Part shown: positions 27,148 through 35,044 of the stretch, in pieces | Layout of the letters: every line of letters begins with the position of its first letter | Position numbering within the stretch: position 1 is the first letter of the stretch | Source: a virus | Direction: 5' to 3' (one strand) | Length of the DNA: 64,000 bases | IMG/VR virus record: IMGVR_UViG_3300046001_006396 | Location: 17,928 to 81,927 of that record | Made by a program: the position numbers and the translations under genes | The notes under the pieces: model-generated | Databases searched by the model: none | The model's input: only the letters and a program-made list of their open reading frames with translations | What the model was told of the DNA's origin: nothing

Positions 27148-30100
27148 ATGGCATCTACTAACAAAGTATTCGTTTCACCTGGAGTCTACACTTCAGAAAG
27201 AGATTTGACTTTTGTTGCTCAAAGTGTAGGGGTAACAACATTAGGTTTGGTTGGGGAGACACTACAAGGTCCTGCGTTTGAACCAATCTTTATAACAAGT
27301 TTTGATGAGTATCAAGTATACTTCGGGGGGACAAGTCCTGAAAAATTTGTAAATACACAAATACCAAAATATGAAACATCGTATATTGCTAAAGCATATC
27401 TACAACAATCAAATCAGTTGTTTGTTACTAGAATATTAGGGTTATCGGGATACGATGCGGGACCATCTTGGTCAATTACAACTATAGGTAATGTTAATCC
27501 TAGTACTGTTTCGGCAACAGGAAATACAGGACCTGTTTATGTGTTCTTTACAGGTACAACAGGAGCAAGTTCAAACGTAACAATAACAAACATACCATCT
27601 CAATTAACGACATTTAATAATACATATTTACAATTTAATGGTAATACTTCAAGTATTTCTACAAATTTTAAAACGTTTATTGCGAATGAAATAAATAAAT
27701 ATACAACATCAGGACTTCAATCAGGTACAGGAACAACTGCTCAGTTTTGGGGAACTTTAAGTGCGGGTACACTTTCTTTAGTGACGGGGACATCTATTAA
27801 CCCTGGAGGTATTACGGCAACTTCTGAAACATTTGGTGTAAGTAACGTTAATCTTTCTTTAGCGAATTTATCGGCATCAACTAACGACCCTTGGTACTAC
27901 GCATTATTTAATTATAGTAAACCTGCAAGTGTTGGTTCATATTACGGTTATGGATTTGGTACTCGTTTAAATACTTTAACGAGTATTGGTGGTGGAGTAT
28001 ATTCTGGATCATGTGCGGTTTATTTAACAAACTATTCGGGTTCACCATACAGTGATTTTGATGATTTGGTAATAGCAACTCTTAGATCAAGAGGAGTCAC
28101 TAACTATTCCTCAACACAACACGGACCATCTTATCAAGTTACAGGAACATCCGACGTTACTTTAATTACAACAGGAACTTACTCAGGAATTTCTTCTGAC
28201 CCGTATAATACTTTTGCTGTTAGTGGCATCACTAAAGATGGTGACACATTTACATTTGAAACTTCAATGACAAGTTCAGACACTCAATATCTTTCTAAAG
28301 TTTTAGGTAGATCTAATTTCTCTAAAGATAGAACTGAAGTTCCTATTTTTGTCGAGGAGATTTATCCAAGTCTTTTACTAAGCGGATATAGAGCAGGAAA
28401 AGTTAGAGGATTATATTCTAATTTAGTTGCCCTTGATAGTGCGGAATCTTTAGACACTAATTCATTAGGTTTTTATTTGGAGCAATATCAAACACCTGAA
28501 ACTCCTTACGTCGTTTCAGAATTAAGAGGTAACAAAGTCTATAAATTATTTAAATTTAAACTTATTTCTGACGGTAATGCGGCAAATAGATTAGTTAAAA
28601 TTTCAATTGGTAATATCTCATTTAATACTAGAACGTTTGATGTATTCATTAGAGATTTCTATGATAATGACCAAAATGTTAGAGTTATTGAAAGTTTTAC
28701 TAACTGTTCATTAGACCCTAATTTGAATAATTACGTTGCAAATAAAATAGGTACAGCAAACGGAGAATACAATCTTAACTCAAAATATGTTATGGTTGAA
28801 ATGAACGATGAAGCACCTGAAGATGCACTTCCTTGTGGTTTTGATGGGTACGTTATACGTTCTTATGATACGGCAACCCCACCTTACTTGGTTTATAAAA
28901 CTAAATATTTAACACCTGGAGAAACAATTTACAATCCTCCTTTTGGGTCAACAAGTGGGGCGGATAATCCTGTAATTTCTAACGGTGAAAATCCTCGTAA
29001 GGCTTACTTAGGTATTTCAAATATCACTGGAGTTGACTACGATTTCTTTGACTATAAAGGTAAAGTGTTACCAGCTAACCTTGAAACGGATACAACAGGT
29101 CTTGATTGGAATTATATTACTAAAGGGTTCCACATGGATAGTGGGGCAACTGTTGTAACAATTATGGGTTCAGGTGCGACCGCAGGTCAACCGGCATTTG
29201 AAGTTGGTGTTGGGTCATTTAATTCTGAACCAACAAGTACTGATAGTCCTTATTACAAATTAAACACTCGTAAATTTACTTTATATGCTTATGGAGGTTT
29301 TGATGGTTGGGATATCTATAGAGAATATAGAACTAATGGTGACACCTACGCACTTGGTCAAACAGGGTTTAAATTTGGAGCGGCACCATCATCTACATAC
29401 CCAACAGCAACAGGATGGGGAGCATTTAAACAAATCTCAGGACCTAACCAAGAGGTTTGGGCAAATACTGACTATTACGCATACAAGTGGGGTCAAGGAA
29501 CTTTTGCAAATCCTGAAGCAACAAACATTAATATTTTTGTAACACCAGGAATTGATTACGTAAATAACTCAAATCTTGTTGAAGATGCGATTGATATGGT
29601 TGAATCTGATAGAGCCGACTCAATCTATATTTGTACAACACCTGACTTTAATCTATTCTTACCAACATTTAGTGATGTCACAGAAGGGTTAATCTACCCA
29701 CAAGAGGCAGTTGACAACCTAGAAGAAACGGGTATTGATTCAAATTATACCGCATCTTATTACCCTTGGGTATTAACAAGAGATAGTGTAAACAATACAC
29801 AGATTTATCTTCCACCAACTGCTGAGGTTACTAAAAACTTAGCGTTAACCGATAACATCGCATTCCCTTGGTTTGCATCTGCAGGATACACAAGAGGTTT
29901 GGTTAATTCAGTTAAAGCTCGTAAGAAGTTAACACAAGAAGATAGAGACACACTTTACAAAGGTAGAATTAACCCAATTGCAACGTTCTCTGATGTAGGT
30001 ACTGTAATTTGGGGTAACAAAACAATGCAAATTAGAGAATCTGCACTTGACAGAATTAACGTAAGAAGACTGTTGTTACAGGCTCGTAAATTAATTTCAG

Positions 30101-30360
30101 CGGTAGCGATTAGATTATTGTTTGAACAAAACGACGACAAAGTAAGACAAGATTTCTTAGATTCCGTTAATCCAATTTTGGATTCAATTAGAAGAGATAG
30201 AGGTTTGATTGACTTCCGAGTTACAGTTTCAAACACACCTGAAGATTTAGACTCAAACACATTGACAGGTAAAATCTTCTTGAAACCGACAAGAGCGTTG
30301 GAGTACATTGACATAGAGTTTGTTATTACACCAACAGGAGCATCTTTTGATGACGTATAA
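27148..30360 (+). CDS. Contractile tail sheath protein
   Basis: SPGVYTSERD N-terminus; PWFASAGYTRG, RINPIATF, WGNKT, RINVRRLL, KPTRALEYIDIEF C-terminus. Confidence 0.95.
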   Translation: MASTNKVFVSPGVYTSERDLTFVAQSVGVTTLGLVGETLQGPAFEPIFITSFDEYQVYFGGTSPEKFVNTQIPKYETSYIAKAYLQQSNQLFVTRILGLSGYDAGPSWSITTIGNVNPSTVSATGNTGPVYVFFTGTTGASSNVTITNIPSQLTTFNNTYLQFNGNTSSISTNFKTFIANEINKYTTSGLQSGTGTTAQFWGTLSAGTLSLVTGTSINPGGITATSETFGVSNVNLSLANLSASTNDPWYYALFNYSKPASVGSYYGYGFGTRLNTLTSIGGGVYSGSCAVYLTNYSGSPYSDFDDLVIATLRSRGVTNYSSTQHGPSYQVTGTSDVTLITTGTYSGISSDPYNTFAVSGITKDGDTFTFETSMTSSDTQYLSKVLGRSNFSKDRTEVPIFVEEIYPSLLLSGYRAGKVRGLYSNLVALDSAESLDTNSLGFYLEQYQTPETPYVVSELRGNKVYKLFKFKLISDGNAANRLVKISIGNISFNTRTFDVFIRDFYDNDQNVRVIESFTNCSLDPNLNNYVANKIGTANGEYNLNSKYVMVEMNDEAPEDALPCGFDGYVIRSYDTATPPYLVYKTKYLTPGETIYNPPFGSTSGADNPVISNGENPRKAYLGISNITGVDYDFFDYKGKVLPANLETDTTGLDWNYITKGFHMDSGATVVTIMGSGATAGQPAFEVGVGSFNSEPTSTDSPYYKLNTRKFTLYAYGGFDGWDIYREYRTNGDTYALGQTGFKFGAAPSSTYPTATGWGAFKQISGPNQEVWANTDYYAYKWGQGTFANPEATNINIFVTPGIDYVNNSNLVEDAIDMVESDRADSIYICTTPDFNLFLPTFSDVTEGLIYPQEAVDNLEETGIDSNYTASYYPWVLTRDSVNNTQIYLPPTAEVTKNLALTDNIAFPWFASAGYTRGLVNSVKARKKLTQEDRDTLYKGRINPIATFSDVGTVIWGNKTMQIRESALDRINVRRLLLQARKLISAVAIRLLFEQNDDKVRQDFLDSVNPILDSIRRDRGLIDFRVTVSNTPEDLDSNTLTGKIFLKPTRALEYIDIEFVITPTGASFDDV

Positions 30361-30372
30361 TAAAAAATAAAG

Positions 30373-30394
30373 TGGGGGGTAGAAATACTCCCCA
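30373..30394 (+). terminator. Hairpin after the sheath gene (possible terminator or stabiliser)
   Basis: TGGGGGGTA-GAAA-TACTCCCCA; weak U tract. Confidence 0.45.
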
Positions 30395-30418
30395 TTATAT
30401 ATTTATAGTAAAAAGATT

Positions 30419-30556
30419 ATGAAAATAGAAAAAAAATTAATCAAAGAGGCTTTAGGTGACACACAAAAAGAACCTAAAACATTCTCTCAAAAAAAACAAA
30501 ATATAATCATAACTGAAAGTCAGTTGGAAAAACTTTTAAAATCACTTAAAAAATAA
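30419..30556 (+). CDS. Small hypothetical protein (45 aa) with IIITESQL motif
   Basis: Not in the ORF track. Hand translation: MKIEKKLIKEALGDTQKEPKTFSQKKQNIIITESQLEKLLKSLKK*. TATTTATA at 30400; the stop overlaps the next ATG (TAATG). Confidence 0.65.
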   Translation: MKIEKKLIKEALGDTQKEPKTFSQKKQNIIITESQLEKLLKSLKK

Positions 30557-31437
30557 TGAACGTAAAAAAACACGTATATAATTTTTTAAAACGTAAAAAT
30601 ATTAATGAGGGGTTTACCGATGATGGGGAACACGATATAAAATATTATGCGTTTGATTGGGACGATAATATTATGTTCATGCCAACAAAAATTATTGTAC
30701 TATCTGAAAATGATGATGAGGTTGAAATGTCCACTGAAGATTTTGCGGAACATAGACATCAAATAGGTGTAGAACCATTTTCATTTAAAGGGACTACCGT
30801 TGTTGGTTATGCGCCTGACCCATTTAGATATTTTGGTGTTGAGGGGGATAAAAGATTTATAATTGATTGTATGGTTGCCCCATTAGGACCATCATGGAAT
30901 GACTTTGTTGAGTGTTTAAATGGTGGGTCAATTTTTGCAATTATAACCGCTAGAGGACACACACCAAGTGTTTTAAGAGAAGGGGTTATGAACTTAATTA
31001 TGGGAAACAAAAACGGAATTAATAGTAAGACCGTAATAGAAAACTTAAAAAGATACGAGGATATATTAAAAGAAGTCAAGGGGGAGCCCATAGATTTAGA
31101 AAGTGAATATGACGGTAAAGACCTTATTAATCGTTATTTAGATAGATGTATGTTTGCCCCAGTTTCTTATGGGGAAGGTAGTGCGTCAAGTCCTGAAGAG
31201 GGAAAAATAAACGCAATGAGAGAATTTATATCACATTGCAAGGTTGTTGCAAACGAAATTAGAAGAAATGGTAAATTTAAAAATGATGTTGCAAACGAAG
31301 AGATAATTCCATTTATTGGTTTTTCAGATGATGACCCAAGAAATATTGATAAAATGAATCAATTCCTAGAAAAAGAATATGAAGAAAAACCAGTAAGAAC
31401 ATATTTAACAAAAGGAGGATATAAAACTGAAGTATAA
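30556..31437 (+). CDS. HAD-superfamily phosphatase-like protein
   Basis: FDWDDNI (DxD motif I), IITARG (motif II), GK (motif III), GFSDDD (motif IV). Confidence 0.7.
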   Translation: MNVKKHVYNFLKRKNINEGFTDDGEHDIKYYAFDWDDNIMFMPTKIIVLSENDDEVEMSTEDFAEHRHQIGVEPFSFKGTTVVGYAPDPFRYFGVEGDKRFIIDCMVAPLGPSWNDFVECLNGGSIFAIITARGHTPSVLREGVMNLIMGNKNGINSKTVIENLKRYEDILKEVKGEPIDLESEYDGKDLINRYLDRCMFAPVSYGEGSASSPEEGKINAMREFISHCKVVANEIRRNGKFKNDVANEEIIPFIGFSDDDPRNIDKMNQFLEKEYEEKPVRTYLTKGGYKTEV

Positions 31438-31549
31438 TAATTAAGTAATGTTCTAGTAGAAGAATATTTGAATTAAAAACAAAAGTAAATAGAAAAAAAT
31501 AAACTAAACAATATTTATATAAAAAATAAAACAACTAAAAAATTAAACA

Positions 31550-32038
31550 ATGGCTGATTTGTTAATGAAAATGCCCTTTCAGTATGAACCTAAAAGAGCA
31601 AACCGATTTATATTAACGTTCCCAACTTCTTTGGGTATTAACTCTTGGTACGTTGAAAGTACTTCAAGACCTAGTATAAAAATTGAATCAAAAGATATTG
31701 CATTCTTAAATACTAAAACGTATGTTGCTAGTAGTTTTGAATGGGAAGAAATTAGTGTAAAATTTAGAGACCCTATTGGTCCGTCTGCGTCACAAGCATT
31801 GATGGAATGGGTTCGTCTACACGCAGAATCAGTGACAGGTCGTATGGGTTATGCTGCTGGTTATAAAAAAGACATTGACCTTGAACTTTTGGACCCGACA
31901 GGTGTGGCTGTTGAAAAATGGATTTTACAAGGATGTTTTATTACTTCGGCTAAATTTGGCGATGTAGGATATGACAAGACGGATATTATGACTGTTGACG
32001 TAAGTTTACGTCCTGATAGATGTATTCTTGTTTACTAA
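31550..32038 (+). CDS. Tail tube protein (gp19-like)
   Basis: EPKRANRF, WEEISVKFRD, YKKDIDLELLDPTG...W.LQGCF; follows the sheath gene. Confidence 0.88.
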   Translation: MADLLMKMPFQYEPKRANRFILTFPTSLGINSWYVESTSRPSIKIESKDIAFLNTKTYVASSFEWEEISVKFRDPIGPSASQALMEWVRLHAESVTGRMGYAAGYKKDIDLELLDPTGVAVEKWILQGCFITSAKFGDVGYDKTDIMTVDVSLRPDRCILVY

Positions 32039-32065
32039 TATAATAATTTTTTTCATATTTTTTTT

Positions 32066-32093
32066 AAACCCATCTATGTTAGGTGGGTTTTTT
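32066..32093 (+). terminator. Rho-independent terminator
   Basis: AAACCCA...TGGGTTT followed by a T run, after the tube gene. Confidence 0.7.
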
Positions 32094-32136
32094 ATTTACT
32101 AAAAAATAGTTATAAACTATATTTAAAATAAAAACT

Positions 32137-32886
32137 ATGGACCAAGCTTCACAATACGGACAACAAAACTTTAATTTACCACACGATGTAGTAAAACTAC
32201 CGTCTAAGGGAATCTTTTATAAACCAAAAAAAGAATCGGTTAAAGTGGGGTATTTAACTGCTCAGGACGAGAATATTTTAATGTCAAGTAATAATAATGA
32301 GAGTATTATCACGACATTACTTAGAAATAAAATTTATGAACCGGGATTTGACATTAACCAACTAATTAATGTTGATGTTCAAGCAATATTAATATTTTTA
32401 AGAAACACTTCTTTTGGTTCAGATTATAATATCTCAATTAAGGACCCAGCAACAGGTAAGTTTTTTGATACCACTTTATTAATTGAAGAGATAAATGTTG
32501 ACAAACCAAAACATTCTCCTGACGAAGAAGGATTATTTACATTTTTATTACCAAAAAGTAATAAAACAGTTAAAGTTAAAATATTAAATTTATCTGAAGA
32601 AAGAGAACTTGAAAAAATTTCTGAATCCTACCCACAAGGTATGGTTGCTCCTACTGTCACAAAAAAACTTGAAAAACATATCATTGAATTAGACGGAGAA
32701 AGGGATAAAGGAAAAATTGCATCATTTATACCGCAAATGCCAATCATGGACTCAAAAGAATTAAAAAAGTTCATATTAGAATGTGAACCAAAGTTAGACT
32801 TATCAAGAACAATTATAGCCCCGTCAGGTGAAAAGGTAACAGTTAGTCTGTCCTTTGGGGCTGAATTTTTTCGCCCTTTCTTCTAA
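32137..32886 (+). CDS. Tail assembly chaperone / baseplate hub assembly protein (gp26-like)
   Basis: VKLPSKG.FY, LTAQDENIL, D..AILIFLRNTSFG, LPKS, FF.PFF C-terminus; lies between tube and tape measure genes. Confidence 0.7.
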   Translation: MDQASQYGQQNFNLPHDVVKLPSKGIFYKPKKESVKVGYLTAQDENILMSSNNNESIITTLLRNKIYEPGFDINQLINVDVQAILIFLRNTSFGSDYNISIKDPATGKFFDTTLLIEEINVDKPKHSPDEEGLFTFLLPKSNKTVKVKILNLSEERELEKISESYPQGMVAPTVTKKLEKHIIELDGERDKGKIASFIPQMPIMDSKELKKFILECEPKLDLSRTIIAPSGEKVTVSLSFGAEFFRPFF

Positions 32887-33025
32887 CGGAAAACAAAACC
32901 TTTTAGATGAGATATATTATTTATCAAAATATGTAAATTTTTCATACTCTGATATTTTAATTATGCCTACATATGAAAGAAAATACTTCATTGATAAGTT
33001 AGTCTTAGACTTCCAAAAAAACTAA
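32870..33025 (+). CDS. +1-frame extension of the tail chaperone (gp51-like / GT-like segment)
   Basis: The +1 frame reads FALSSNGKQNLLDEIYYLSKYVNFSYSDILIMPTYERKYFIDKLVLDFQKN*. There is no upstream ATG in frame; a TTG lies at 32855 and a stop at 32837. Confidence 0.6.
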   Translation, partial: FALSSNGKQNLLDEIYYLSKYVNFSYSDILIMPTYERKYFIDKLVLDFQKN

Positions 33026-33056
33026 AATACCCCCTATTTATATATAAAAATAATAT

Positions 33057-35015
33057 ATGTTTTTATTTACTGCTGATCCTGATGTTAATGAGTTTGACCA
33101 AAAAGGTCAAAATTTAATTGATGTTATGACTAAATTGGCGGCGTCAGTTGATGCTGCCGTGGACCCAAGGAATGTTATAAAAAATATAACAGCCATGGAC
33201 AATGAAGCCAAAAAACTTCAAAGAACCATATCAGGAGGATTAACTATAGGTGCCGAAGCATTTAGAGAAAAAATGTTTAGGGTATATAATGAGTCTGTAA
33301 AATTTGGTGCAAGTTTTCAATCGGTGTTAGATTATACAGGAGACCTTAGTGTTATAATGGAAAAAATGGTTTATCCTATTGAAAGTGCCGCGATTGATGC
33401 TTTGGCTTTAGGGCGTAATGTCGGAATGGCAGAAAAAGAAACAGGTAAAATGGTCGGTACATTTACCACATTTAGTATGTCACAAAGAACGTCCGTTCAA
33501 CAAATGTCAAAAATCGCAAAAGTTGCAAGAGAAACAGGACTACAGGCAAGCGTATTATTAAAAACTATGGAAGGTAGTTTAAGTAAGTTAGTGCAGTTTA
33601 ATTTTAAAGATGGTATTGATGGATTAACTAAAATGACCGCACAAGCACAACGTCTTGGAACAACAAGTGAAAAATTAAAAATTTTTACTGCTGCCGAAAC
33701 TTTATTTGACCCTGAAAAGGCAATTGAAATGTCGGCAAATCTTAGTATGTTAGGTGGGTCGGTAGAAGGGCTTACTAATCCATTTATGGCTATGAATGAT
33801 GCTGCAAATAATGTTGACCGTTTACAGGAAAACATAATAAATATGGGTAAGTCGGCATTTAGTTTTGATGAGGTTACAGGTAAAATAAAAACAAATTTTG
33901 TTGCTCAACAACAATTAAGGGCACAGGCCGAGGCCACTGGCGTTGCTTACGATGAATTGGCAAACGCAGCTCAAAGAGCGGTTAAAGAAGAGGCCGTTCA
34001 AAATAAGTTATTAAAAGAAGGTATTGATATTTCGCAATTTAGTGAAGAACAACAAAATATGATAAAGTCTTTGGCTGAAATTGGACCTGGAGGTAAAATT
34101 GATTTTAACATCCCTGGACTTGAATCCGAAGATTTGGTAAAAACAATATCAGATAATCCTAATGCGTTAAAGACGGCATTAGAAGAATACCAAAGGGCTG
34201 CAGATATGTCAGATAGACAAATTGCGGAAAAGGGATTGAATACCCAAGAACAACTACAACGAGATGTTAGAATAATTAGGGATACGTACATTAGAAGTAT
34301 TAGTGCTGGAGAAAGGACTGATATTGTTAGTAAAGTTGATTCTGGGATTGATATTTTAACTGAAGCGAATAAAAAAGTCGCAAACGCAGGTATTGCAGTC
34401 GTACAGGCGGGGGTAAACGCTCTTGATAACCAAATTCAAACTGCTAAAAATAGTGCAAACAGAGCCTCTAATGATCCTAACGCCACTGCAGTAAAACAGG
34501 CTGAGGTATTGAGAGACAGTAAAAGAAAATTTGTATATGACCCAAATACTAAAACCTATAAAACCGAAACTGTACCAGATGCGGTAATACCTGAAAATAG
34601 TAGTGGATTAGTGAAATTTGGTAAAAATGAAATTTTTAATTTTATAAAAGAGGACCAAGCAATAATAGCTCCCGATGCGATAGAAAAAGTAAATTTTTTA
34701 AAGGACGTTTATGTGAAGTTTATGGATATGCAAAACTCAATACCAAACGAGGTAAAATTAGCATCACCAAAAGAGATACCAAACAAAACACAAAACCTAT
34801 CAAATCCGTTTGACTTAATGAATAGAGGGGAAAAAACAGAAACAAATAGTACCCAAACTATTAATGTTAATATTACAGTTGATGGTAAAAATGTCTCTAC
34901 TATGACTAATCTTGACCCAAATATACATAGAGATATTGAAAAGAAGATTAAAGACACTATACAAAATGTAAGTTTTTGGGACAAATCAAAATCAAGAGTC
35001 TCAACAAAACGATAA
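33057..35015 (+). CDS. Tape measure protein
   Basis: Ala/Gln/Met-rich helical protein of 652 aa directly after the tube and chaperone genes. Confidence 0.7.
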   Translation: MFLFTADPDVNEFDQKGQNLIDVMTKLAASVDAAVDPRNVIKNITAMDNEAKKLQRTISGGLTIGAEAFREKMFRVYNESVKFGASFQSVLDYTGDLSVIMEKMVYPIESAAIDALALGRNVGMAEKETGKMVGTFTTFSMSQRTSVQQMSKIAKVARETGLQASVLLKTMEGSLSKLVQFNFKDGIDGLTKMTAQAQRLGTTSEKLKIFTAAETLFDPEKAIEMSANLSMLGGSVEGLTNPFMAMNDAANNVDRLQENIINMGKSAFSFDEVTGKIKTNFVAQQQLRAQAEATGVAYDELANAAQRAVKEEAVQNKLLKEGIDISQFSEEQQNMIKSLAEIGPGGKIDFNIPGLESEDLVKTISDNPNALKTALEEYQRAADMSDRQIAEKGLNTQEQLQRDVRIIRDTYIRSISAGERTDIVSKVDSGIDILTEANKKVANAGIAVVQAGVNALDNQIQTAKNSANRASNDPNATAVKQAEVLRDSKRKFVYDPNTKTYKTETVPDAVIPENSSGLVKFGKNEIFNFIKEDQAIIAPDAIEKVNFLKDVYVKFMDMQNSIPNEVKLASPKEIPNKTQNLSNPFDLMNRGEKTETNSTQTINVNITVDGKNVSTMTNLDPNIHRDIEKKIKDTIQNVSFWDKSKSRVSTKR

Positions 35016-35044
35016 TAAATCTATTTATTATAAAAGATTTATAA

